This document shows, one piece after another, positions 23,101 through 35,037 of a stretch of 64,000 nucleotides of DNA. The stretch lies in the NCBI GenBank assembly GCA_051294375.1, contig CM119267.1:21149755-21213754 (forward strand), written 5' to 3'. The first letter of the stretch is position 1, and every line of letters begins with the position of its first letter. This DNA comes from Paraspadella gotoi (taxonomy: Eukaryota; Animalia; Chaetognatha). The notes below the pieces were generated by a model, which saw only the letters and a list, made by a program, of their open reading frames with translations, was not told where the DNA came from and did no database searches. The position numbers and the translations under genes were made by a program.

Positions 23101-26100
23101 TCTTCTATCTAAAAATACATAATCATTAAAATGTAATAGATGGGGTCGCCTATCTCAGTAAGTTGGGTCAAAAATTTTGATTCAGCACCTGCTCAAACGA
23201 AAATTTATACATTTAAAAAAAAAATTAATATAGACAAAAAAAAAATTAGTATGACTCTAATCCCTATATATTATATTATATTTTATAGATAGGAAAAGCT
23301 AAAAAAAATTTTAAGATTTTTTTTATTTTTAAGATCGGATTCAGGTAGCTTGCAAAAAGTTATCTGCACAAAGTATAATTCTTTTTTAGATATTCTGCTC
23401 ATAAGTGGGTGAAAAATAAAAAAATACTATTAAAATTATTATCATCATCATCTTTGGATAATTTTGTCAGTAAAAATTTTTAAAAGTTGTAATTATAATT
23501 TTTATTTAACTTTTGGTTCTTTATCAGAATCCATAAAAATAATTCAAGATTGATTAAAAAAATTGTTTATCATTATATAGTAAAATAGTAATTTTGATAG
23601 CAACCAGAAAGCTATTAAAATTGAAATTTTTTTAAAAATTCTTTTTCCACCTTTTTCCTGCCCCTTTTGATTTTAATTTCAAAGTAGATCTCTAGTAATA
23701 GGAAAGGGCGCGAAAAAGTTGATCTTTAGTTTCATAAAAGTATCCTAGCCCTAAATATGAAAGTTGGGACGCAGCACTCATGTGTTAAGCGGCACATGCC
23801 TTTTCTTGAGTGGGAATAAATATGTGCTTGACTAAAATTTATTTATCCTAGTGCTAAAAAAACTAATACTTACTTTTGCAGCTTTTTTGAATCCCCCAAA
23901 ACTCGGAATTAGGACCTAGAATCATAACCAAAATGATAATAATAACCAATTTATTAATTATCACAGTGCAAGGTATTTTACTTACCATCATCATCATAAT
24001 CATCAGGGAAGTAAGTAGTTTGGCAAGCAGGTTTAGTTCCTAACATAAAATACGAAAATTTAAATGCTACCCCTTAAATTAAAAGTTTTTTTAATATACA
24101 AACCAGTTTGTAAACATTTTTGTTTCATGAGGAAAATCTCCTCTGATGAAACTCTTCCCCAGTATTTATGAGTTTTTTTGACTTTAAGACCATGCATTCT
24201 GATGACAACCTGCTTCTTCTTAGAGTCTCGAAGCGAACTCTTAGCCTGCTCATAATTTGATGCTTTCTCCACGACCCCATCTTTCAGAGAAACAGCGCAG
24301 TACCACTTTCCACTGGCTAAAAGTTTTTGGGGAAAAAAGTTACAACTCTCTCTATTATTTTTCTTCATTCTTTCTTTTCAACTAATTTCTTTAACTTTCT
24401 TTCATTCTTTTGTTACTAACCTAATTTGTAGCATTTTCCAGAAGTAAGTCCCTTTACTGACTTGGGACTTCCTAGTTTTCTTTTAATCCAACAGGTATTA
24501 CTTGCAGCACTAAATGTATAACCTGAAACGCAAAATTAAAATCTCATGTACCTGTTTTTAGTTGGAACTGCTTATCAGCAGATCCCGACTCTATAATTCA
24601 CTTGGTCAGTACATCGGTCCGCCCCCTCAATCTTGTCGGGCATTCACTTATATCAGGTCAGAACATCCAATTATGATAAATAATGCAAAAAAAACGATGT
24701 CCATCCGTCCGTCTGTCTGTCCATCTGTCCATCCATCCCACCTTAGCAAAAAACTCAAATTGCTCGTGATTAGAAGGATGGATTGGAATTAAATTTTGTG
24801 TGTGGGTAGAGAAGTGTGTGATTGAGCGATGGAATCATGCGAGTGGAAATGAGTTTAAATGGAAAAAAAAAATTTCACTATTTGAACGCCAATTACGGGG
24901 CGATTGACTTAAAATTTTGTATGTGGGTAGGAAAGTGTGTGATTGAGCTGGAAATCAAGTTTCGTTGGAATCGTCTGAGTGGAAATGAGATTAAATGGAA
25001 AAAACAAAAAACCTGTTTCACTAATTGATTATGCTTTTTTCTTTTTATAATAAATTTAAATGCAAGATGTATCAATTAATCAAATATATAATCAGTTAAT
25101 TCATCAATTAGTCAATTTTTTTAAAAATAATTAATTAATCGGTCAATTAATCAATCAATTAATTATTTAATCAATCAATATATTTAGTTATCTATAATTA
25201 TTCAATCAATAAAATTATTTATAAATTAATTAAATATTTAATCAATCAATCGATCAATTAAGTCAATTGTTATCAGCATTATATTCGTCATTGCCATCAT
25301 CGTCGTAGTTGCCTTTGTCGTGGTCAGTAACGAAATGACCTAAAAACAAACATTTCGGATCAAATTAATTAATTTATTAATTAAATTATAATTTTATATA
25401 GTTTGTATTAATTAATTAATTAATTACCGCTAATGATCGTGGGCAGATCCGACATTGTTTGCTCAAACTTGTTTTTTAACTCTCCAAAACATTACTAGTA
25501 AATTACCTCGGCATTTACGCCTTGCACTGCATGCCAGTTTGCACCTATTCAAAGTAATTCCCTCATAGCTTGCTATATCATTTCCGGGATAATCAAGGTT
25601 ACTTGTTGTGTCGCAAACTAAAGAATATATATGAAACAAAACTGGAACATATAAAAAATCTATGATTATGTAAGCACTTACTACATGAATAATTTATTAT
25701 TCATAACTTATGGCGGCAAGTTCTAATCCGAAAATATAACATGCCATGAAAATTAATTTGTCAAAGATTTTTTTTGGATCCAAATAAATATTTATATAAT
25801 AGTTTCTATTTTTCCATATGGCAACAGCTGGGTTGCCTGTGATGCCCATTGGAGGCTTCCGACCCTCAGTGACGCATCCAGTCACTGGTGCGGTTACCCT
25901 AGGACGGTCTCACTTTGCCAACGCAGAGGGAAGTCGTTAGGACTGTGGATGGAACACTACGCCAATGGATATGGCTGAACGATGGTTGACGTGAGGCGGT
26001 GTGAATATACCGCCACACCCCATTGTTTATTTATTAAATTTATTTTTACCGTATCCAGGGCGAGCCTTTTTTTCGCACTGCTTCTTGAATTTTTCGATGT

Positions 26101-28173
26101 CTTTCGCCTCCCACCATGATGAACCAAAGTTCCAGCTCTGTAGAATGCTCTCAGGGTTCCCTGCCTTTTTCCCAATCATCGGTACAATAATCTAGACAAA
26201 AGTTTGAGCAAATAATATTGCGCTTGCTTAAAAGAACTCATAATTGAAGAATTATAATTACAATTAACACACGTTTTGGTTGATGTCATAATTATTATGA
26301 CGTGATTTTTAACTCGATTTCAATGGCATCAGTATCGCTCATGAATTAATTTTAAATTGTTTTTAACGTTGTATTTACTATGAAGAGCTTGCGGAAATTG
26401 GGACTACATAAAAAGGAAAGACGACAAATAAAAACCGACATGCCTTAGATATCCTATGGTGTCCGGAGCCAAGGGCGATTCTTGCCTCGTATAAATATTT
26501 GGTGGCCGCTAAAATTCCATAGTCTTTGGATACAGCGCAGTACCAGCGGTCTACAAAGTCTAAACAATAAAGATTATTATCATTAATCGCAATAGGATTA
26601 AAACATAACGTTCTATATCATCGCATGAGTTTTTCCATAAATGATATTGCATGACTAAATACAGAATCCGACTGATCGTTTTCTACTGCAATTAAGCAAA
26701 TGAATCCTAAATCATTATAACTAAATTGAATAAAATATCGAGATTACGTTATACTTGTGCAATGAGCACTTATGATTATTTTATATTTGATTCTATTGTC
26801 TTTGGTTACCTCTGGTACCCTCAACCGTAATCAGCGCTGTAACCATTCCTTTGGGCAAAATTTCTTTGCAATTCTTTTCATCCTCCCAGTTTCCACAGTC
26901 ATTGATTCCGTTGCATTTGTGCTTTTTATTAAAAAAAAATGCAAAAAAATGTGATAATCTTAGATTTATAATTTCAGATTAATAGCAATTAAGGATGAAA
27001 CGTCCCCATCCCTCAAAAATGTCTCACTTGCTCCTCGTAGCACATTCTTCCAATGCCGCACCATTTTTTACTTGGACCACAAATGCAAGAAGCCTTTTGT
27101 ATGTGATCAGCGCATTCTCGCTTCTCGCCGTCTCGGTTGTAGTACTGGCAGTACCACTTTTCTCTTTAAAAAACCATGAAGAGTTGCGTTACTTTAGAGT
27201 AAGTTAAAAAGTAAAATGGAATTATGAAATTTATGTTTCATTGATGATCAAAACGATCATAATATGATTAGTCATTATTGTAAAAAAAAATTAGGAAAAA
27301 GGAAAAGAATCCAAAAAAACTCACTGAATGGAAAATTTGCAAAGAGCGTCGTTTACTTTATCCCAAGTGTAGGTTTTCGAGTATTCATTGATTTCCTCCC
27401 AGTAACATGTGTAGGTACAACAGTTTTGAAACAATTCCCTATGAAACTCACTCTCCGTGCCGCACTGTTGCTTTCTTTTATAGGGAGTAGGGAAAAGAAT
27501 TATTATTAATATTTTATTGATTAAAATCCAAAAAACCTTCAAAGCGTCCATTTGACCCTGTGGCAAATTGTTCGTCACAAAGGTGTGGGATCCTAGCCCG
27601 GTGGCCGCCAAGCGGCTTTTGACCCCCCTCCAACATAATGCTACACCGAGCCCCAAGCAATATGCAAACGGTTTTTAAATAATTCAAAACAATAATTCTG
27701 TCTCTCTCAACAATAAAATGATATGATATGTTCCCTCTATTTCCAGAAGACAATACTAACATTCCCATCCCAAACAGATAACTTTATAATTAAATATTTA
27801 ACAAGTAAATAAAATCATAAATAATAGTTATTTTAAATAAAAAACAAATTAAATAAATAAAAAAATAAATAAAGATAGTGAAACAAGTCATTTTGCAACG
27901 GTCATTTTGCGTTAGTAATAATGTTTATTGACGAATAACAAAATTATCACACGTTTCCTGAAAAAAACCCAATTCGATTACCTGGCGAAATCCTCGGCAA
28001 TGTTCCGCTTCAGTTTGTAACGCTCTGGTAACTGATCGCATAATCCTTACGGTAAAAAAGTCTTCGACTAAAAACTGGTCTTTTCTGTAAAACTATACAT
28101 ATATCAACTTACCCGATCCAATGAAATCCGTTAGTATAAAAACTAAAATCGCGTTCAATTCCGGGTAACGCAT
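20193..28173 (-). CDS. Secreted multidomain protein, ~1357 aa, 13 exons (28113-28173, 27982-28045, 27325-27474, 27028-27163, 26810-26921, 26444-26550, 26050-26191, 25507-25617, 24421-24522, 24104-24316, 23986-24039, 23874-23915, 20193-22972): SP, Cys-rich, LDLa, WYC domain, PAN/apple, WYC domain, 2x SRCR, helical region with hydrophobic hairpin, beta domain, Cys-rich tail
   Basis: All exon phases join into one ORF. LDLa CGPSKKWCGIGRMCYEEQHKCNGINDCGNWEDEKNC spans exons 4-5. PAN CDTTSNLDYPGNDI...CKLAC...CRGYTF...CWIK spans exons 8-9. SRCR PICHEKWDKTDAYVACKSMGF...AGVTC lies in the last exon. An in-frame upstream ATG exists at 28200. Confidence 0.88.
24555..25477 (+). mobile_element. DINE-1/HINE-like non-autonomous Helentron-associated element in intron 8 of the large gene
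   Basis: 5' subterminal gttggaactgct with nearby inverted copy agcagatcccgac, ctctata, (GTCY)n microsatellite and an internal ~120-bp duplication. 3' gcagatccgac inverted repeat with stem-loop ending cttgtttt; T-rich flanks. Confidence 0.7.
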
Positions 28174-28510
28174 AGTTGCTTTTAATGTATTTTTTAACAT
28201 TGTATTCCTCTGAAAAATTGGTTTGTAAAGAAGAATTTATAGAGAACCTGTTTATTCACCCGCAAATCAGAACCAGTTTGAAATTGGAAAGGTTACCTTG
28301 TGCTCGTCTTCGGGTGCCGGTTTTTTAGTCCGTTCGCTCAAATCGGGTCTTCGACCATATTATCAATTACAATTTAAACAAGAACGATTTGAATCTTAAA
28401 TTTTATGAGGTCATTCTCTTTTTACACGTGGTTGATTGATTATCAGATTCAGATTCACTAATTAAAAAAAAAAACATCGTGTTTAGTCTTTAAATTTCGT
28501 TGCGTTTGAG

Positions 28511-28683
28511 ATTAGAGCGAATGGATTTATATTCAATCTTTATAAACAACGACATGTTTCGGCTTTGATGCAAGCCATCTTCAGAGCAAAACAGAAGTCT
28601 TACATCACAGCCGAAACATGTCCATTTGAAAAATAAAAAAAAATTCGTTTGCAAACATTAAATATAAACATCTCCCGCTCTAA
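28511..28683 (-). ncRNA. Minimal hammerhead-ribozyme motif (28551-28584) inside a foldback with an inverted partial copy
   Basis: Minus strand: CTGAAGA-T-GGCTT-gcatca-AAGCC-GAAA-CATG-TC. Plus strand partial agccgaaacatgtc at 28609-28622. Outer tagagcg/cgctcta inverted. Stem I is weak. Confidence 0.65.
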
Positions 28684-28959
28684 AAATAAAATTAAATAAA
28701 TAACTAAACTACTAAATTACTAACAGCTGTTAATGGACATTGGATAATGGATATGACCGATAGAGATCTTAAATTTCACTTCGATGGAAAACAAGTTCTT
28801 CGCCATACCAAACTTTCCCAACGTTTTGAAGCTAAAAACAGGATCGTTTCCCTTCAAAAGAAGTACAACGGGTTTTTCAGATTTCAAATTTAAACCAAAC
28901 GTCAAAAAGTCACAACTATTGACGAAGATTTTAACAGGCGGCGACAAGGGGATGGATTA

Positions 28960-29097
28960 AGAATAGCAAAGGAAAGCCAGCTATTAGGTCTTTAATAGCT
29001 TTGTGCCTTGTAACTTAGAAGCTGAGGGGCTAACTATATTACTACTATATTACTTTATAAATGGTTGGATAGTTTTTATATTGGTTGTCCCAATTTC
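28960..29097 (+). repeat. Dispersed repeat, copy 2
   Basis: tggatagtttttatattggttgtcccaatttc 3' motif; internal agctatta/taatagct hairpin. Confidence 0.65.
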
Positions 29098-29666
29098 GTA
29101 GCGTATTTAGAAACGTAAATAGGGCTGATACAGGGTAGTGAAAAAAAAAATACTTTGGATGCCGTATATATATATATCCTTTTAAAAGTAGATTAACGAA
29201 AATAAAAGCCTTTTGTTCACTTTTAACATTTAAATAAATCGCCCCATTGATTTAAAAAAAATATTAGGAAAAGCAAATTATTGGCGTGAATAAAAAGCCC
29301 GTGGGTGTCTACAGCCCCATCAATCCATCAGTTTTCTTTCCAGCAACGTGAAAGTGACACTCGCTCGTCCCGCCAATCACCTTTCTAGCCGATCGTCACC
29401 TCCGATGTTTTGCCCGAGCAGAAGGCCGGCCAGCCGCCCTTTTCCTCGCTGCCCCTTCCGGTCCCCTTCCGGTCCCTTTCCGGCCTCTTTCCGCCCCCCC
29501 CCCTGCCCGTTCCCCCCTATAATCTTTGACCGGATTCCCGCCTTCCACTGTGCGGGGCCTTGAATGACTAATGAGCTGCTAGAATCATTTAACAAACCAT
29601 TTTCTACTCCCGACCACGTTTCGTTTTCCTCGTTCTCTCTCTCTTTTCTCTCTCTCTCTCTCTCTT

Positions 29667-29716
<50 letters not shown>

Positions 29717-29933
29717 TTCTCTCTCTCTCTGTTTATCTATCTATCGTATCTTTCTATCTATCTAATCTATTCATTTCTATGTATCTGTTTTTCTATCATT
29801 CTATTCTACTTATTTATTTATCTATTTTTATCTATCTCTTTATCTATCTATCTTACCCCCTCTCTCTAAATAATTAACCATCTCTTTGTGTTTTTCTGTA
29901 TCTCTCTCAATCCTTATATCTCTCTCGATCTTC

Positions 29934-29987
<54 letters not shown>

Positions 29988-30041
29988 ATCCCTGTCTCTA
30001 AATAATTATCCATCTCTTTGTGTTTTTCTGTATCTCTCATT

Positions 30042-30123
<82 letters not shown>

Positions 30124-30589
30124 GACAATTGAAGTTCAGAGAACCCGGACAGCTTTGATTTACTGTTTCTATTGCGCTCAGTGGTAATTTTAGAGCCGTA
30201 GGATGATATTAAAGGGCAACGTACATTCGATGTACAGCTGACTGTTGTCAGTTGACAGTTGACAGTTGACAGGACAGGACTAGGAGTTTGAAAAAACAAA
30301 ATATAAATGTTAAGAAAAAAAAACAAGACACGAAAAGAAGAACGGGTTACGAGAGAATGGAGAATATCAAAGTCAAAATAAGAATAGAAGAAAAGAAGAT
30401 ATAAAAAGGATAAGAAAAATAAGTGAACCAAGCGATATTGAGGTAAGGAGAAAAAAACAGAAGCAAAAGAAAAGCGAAAGAAAGGTAAAGGAAGAAATTG
30501 ATATAGGGAATAGAGAAGAATCTGAAAAAAAAAAAAAAAATGGAAGAAGAAAAAGATATAGATTATTAAGGAGAGAAGAAGAGAAGCAA

Positions 30590-31020
30590 AAGAGAAGAAA
30601 AAGAGAGAAAATGAAAGAGATAAGACAGAAAAAGAGATAGAAAATGAAAAAGAGAAGAAGAAAAATAGTTAGAAAATGAAGGAGATAAGAAAGAAAAAGA
30701 GAAAAAAGAAGGATAGAAGAAGAAAAGAGATAGAAAATGAAGGAGAGAAGAAGAAAAAGAGATAGAAAAAAAAGGAGATAAGAAAGAGAAAAAAAGAAAA
30801 AGAGATAGAAAATGAAAAAGAGAAGAAGAAAAAGAGATAGAATATGAAAAAGAGAAGGAAAAAAATAGAAAAAAGATAAAGAGAGAAGATGAAAAAGAGA
30901 TAGAAAATGAAGGAGATAAGAAAGAAAAAGAGAAAGAAAATAAAAGAGAGAAGAAGAAAAAGACATAAACAATTAATGAAAAAACAAAGAGCGTAAATGA
31001 AAAAGAGATAGAAAATGAAG
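30590..31020. repeat. Purine-rich ~30 bp tandem repeat (gaaaaagagatagaaaatgaaggagataagaaa-like)
   Basis: Repeated aaagagatagaaaatgaa units. Confidence 0.8.
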
Positions 31021-31346
31021 CAGAGAAGAAAGAAAGAAAAACTTTGGTCGGATTCGCCGCCCGAGGCTCGCGACCTCGGGAGGCGGGATCGAGCGGTTGC
31101 GATAATGAAGACGAGAAGCCAAAACACGTTTAGTCTTAAAAAAGGGGGAGAGGTGGAGAGATGTTGGTTCTAGGGGGGTGGAGAGAGATAGTGAGGGGGA
31201 AAAGGCTGATAAGGAAGAAGATCGGGAAAATTAAACAAAGAGAAAAAATATTATCATTTAATGGTGATTGAAGATCGTTAGGGGTTAATTATTGAATAGT
31301 ATTATAGAAATAGCCTCTTAGGTTTTTAGAAATTCTCCGGGACGAA

Positions 31347-31378
<32 letters not shown>

Positions 31379-31953
31379 GAGAGGAGAGAGAGAGAGAGAC
31401 GAGAGAGAGAGAGAGCGAGAGCGATGAGAGAGAGCGCATGAGAGGGACATGCAAACGCAGATTGATTGTTATAACGCGCTCCCTCTTCCCCCTTAATGGC
31501 ACCCGGTAGCCATCAAAGAGAGAGAGTAGAGAGAAGAGAGAGAGGAGAGATGTGTTTTTGTAGTGTAGGTGAGACAACGTAAACCAGAGAGAGGAAGAGA
31601 TTGAAGAATCTAGGTGTTCCGGAAATGAGACTGCGACTTTGAGTCTCTCTCTAAATCACTCTCATCTATCTTCTCTATCTCACTATCAACGTATCGTCTG
31701 CTCTCTACTACGTACGTTCTCTCTTCATTTCCACTCTGCTTCATCTGTTCTCTCGTCTCTTCTCTCTCTCTCTCGTTCCTCATTTCTCCAAGTACGATTT
31801 TTCTTGCTAGTGTGTTGAATTTTTTAATTGATAACGTGGCTGTGTAGGCATAGCGATTTTCCATTGATGGTTATGGAGAAAATGATCGAGATAGAATGGA
31901 GAAAAAGATGAAAGGTAAATAGAAAGATAAAAAAGGAAAGAAAGAAAGAAAAA

Positions 31954-32029
<76 letters not shown>

Positions 32030-34519
32030 ACGAAGTTTATTGAAGCCTTGTAAAAACTAATATAGGACAGTTATTTTCATATTTATAATATAAAAAATTA
32101 TTCTATTTACTATTTTTAAATCAACAGATGTCATTATTAACTTTTTTCATTTAACTCATACCTTGAAGAGTTAAAGAGTATCTCCAAATAAATATGACCC
32201 AAGTAAATTTAGCAATTAAATAGGTTAGCTGAGGTACTTCTTTGACATCCAAAAAATATTTTCTATAAATCTCTGAACTTTCATCAACTCTAAAGACAAT
32301 AGTATTCGGCATAGTCAGCATATTGTTATTTCCCATTTACCCAGTTTAGTTAACTAATTACTTGTTAATTTAAACTACAATTTTTGTGCTGATCTTATAT
32401 CATTTATGACAATAAAAAACGTAAGTGGTTGATGGACTGATGGACAAACCGACCGATCGACCGACCGACCGACCAAAAAGTGTAATTTAGAAGACAGAGA
32501 TATAAAAAGAGTAAATAAAAAAAGAAGACATAAAAGGAGATTCGGAAAGGGAGAACTTGACGAACAGCTCCGCCCAAATAATACCCTGAGGGTAGAGTAA
32601 CGGAGAGACGGAAAGAGGAAATAAAACATAAGTGAAAAAAAANNNNNNNNNNNNNNNNNNNNNNNNNNNNNNNNNNNNNNNNNNNNNNNNNNNNNNNNNN
32701 NNNNNNNNNNNNNNNNNNNNNNNNNNNNNNNNNNNNNNNNNNNNNNNNNNNNNNNNNNNNNNNNNNNNNNNNNNNNNNNNNNNNNNNNNNNNNNNNNNNN
32801 NNNNNNNNNNNNNNNNNNNNNNNNNNNNNNNNNNNNNNNNNNNNNNNNNNNNNNNNNNNNNNNNNNNNNNNNNNNNNNNNNNNNNNNNNNNNNNNNNNNN
32901 NNNNNNNNNNNNNNNNNNNNNNNNNNNNNNNNNNNNNNNNNNNNNNNNNNNNNNNNNNNNNNNNNNNNNNNNNNNNNNNNNNNNNNNNNNNNNNNNNNNN
33001 NNNNNNNNNNNNNNNNNNNNNNNNNNNNNNNNNNNNNNNNNNNNNNNNNNNNNNNNNNNNNNNNNNNNNNNNNNNNNNNNNNNNNNNAAGAAAGAAGAGA
33101 GAGAGAAGAGAGAGAGAGAGGAGAGAGACGAGAGAGAAGAGAGCAGAGAGGAAGAGAGAGAGAGAGAAGGAAAACAATGGAGAAAGAGATGATAGAGAAA
33201 GTAAAAAAAAAAAGAAAAAGAAAAGAAAGATTGGCAATAAACTAAAAAAAAATTTAAGAAAGAAAAAGAAGACACAAAAAAAAAACAGAAATCAATAAGA
33301 ACAGAAAAAAAAGACTGAAAAACTGAAAAAAACTGAAAAAAATAAAGAGAAGGACGAAAAGAAAAGGAATAAAGAAACAAAAAATAATTGGAAAAAATAA
33401 TAAACAACCAAAAATGGAGAAAAGAGGGAAAGAAAATTACCTCCAGGGAAAGTGGAGAGAGAGAGAGAGAGAGATAGAGAGAGAAAAAAAAGTGAGAGAG
33501 AAAGAGAAAGGCGGAACATAAGTTTCTACCGCCGGATATGACCGACGACAGAGATAAAAAGTGGCAGCGGCTCATTTGTCTCCGCCTCGTCGTTCCCTCA
33601 TTTCCTCCCCCACCTTTTTTTTCCTTTCTTTTTACTTTTACTTTCCTCTCTCTTTCTTTCTTTCTTTCCGTTATTTTCTCATTCAACCATTTCTCTAATA
33701 CTTTTTTCTTTCTCTTCTTTTCCTCCCTCTCCTTTCCTTCTTTTTCTTCTCGACCTCAACGATATGTCTCCTTAACCCACTCATCTTTTTCGTGAGCCAA
33801 TAAAAAACTGCTCTTTGGCAACTTCTTCCATTGCAATCGCGTCGAAAAGTTGCGAAAAGAAAATTAAAAAAGATAAAATGTTTTTCGTTAATTGTTTTTA
33901 AAAGAAAGGAAACAAAAGAAAAAATGTTGTAAAAAAGATTAAATAAATAAATAAATCTATTATTAAGTAATTAAATAATTAACAAATTAAGGAATAAAGA
34001 TGAAAGGAAATTAAGATCTCTTTCATCCAATAACCTATACTACATAAATAGGAAATACCCTGAAATAATCGAAGGCCATGCTCAGAGCGTTTTCCCAATT
34101 CTTCCCTTCTGGTTCTTTTTCCTCGACCTTTCGACCCTTTTTTTGGTCATTTTCCCCATTTTCTCCCATTTCGCCCATTTTTTTTTCCTCCCTTGACTCG
34201 CCATTTTTTCGATTTCCTTTGGCGGTGTCGTAATCTCGGCGCCTATCGGTTCAGAAGGTAAACAAAACCGCCAAGGATGAAGGGAGGCGGAACTAACGGT
34301 AACAAAAGAACAGTTGAGTTATTACCAAACGTTTACGGGGCAAATCAGGCGCTTTAAGATTGAGTCATAATTAAAACTTTTTTGCTTGATAAAAAAATTT
34401 AATATCAGTCTATCGAACATCGCGGACCATTTTAATTACTAATACTAATTTTTTTTATCCATTTTCATGTCATCTCGATCTTACTATCTGTTTATATTCC
34501 GTTTTTACTTTTTATACCG

Positions 34520-34560
<41 letters not shown>

Positions 34561-35037
34561 ACTCAAAACTAAAATCATTTCATATGTTTTTCTTCTCAAA
34601 AGAAGATCGCTCGATCCATCACCAAAAGTGTCGTTTTAAACTAAATTTTAAATGATTAAAAAAAAAAAGTTCAAAAACAGTTTTCATCTTAACGGACAAA
34701 AGGAACAACGCAATAAACATTTTACTCTTTCTTTTTACGCCATTATTTGTACGAGCAATTGCGCGATCAATGATAACAACTTTCGCAAACAAACAAAACG
34801 TTTGAGATTAAAAACAAATGTAAACAAAAAAACCGTGGAAACACTGACAAAAATTCGGAGAGGGCTGTCAAACGTAAATGAATAATCAATTAAGGATTCT
34901 TCAATTATATCCTGGTTAGTATTTTTATTAAACTTTTATGTCATTTTTAATAATGTTGCTAAATTTTGTAATTTTTCAACCTCCGATGACGTACTAATTC
35001 ATTTGCTTGCTTATTTTTCGACAGTCATTTGTTGAAG

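Noticed and set aside
27540-27670. Extra coding exon or twister ribozyme
   Set aside because: Exons 2 and 3 join in frame without it, and the twister-like sub-motifs lie on inconsistent strands.
28085-28112. 28-nt micro-intron using the first CAG after exon 1
   Set aside because: It gives an in-frame stop; the AAG acceptor at 28046 gives a continuous ORF in phase with exon 3.
29348-29595. GC-rich ORFs on both strands
   Set aside because: Low-complexity C-rich tract with no convincing splice context. It has CCAAT/GC-box-like words, but no promoter can be supported.
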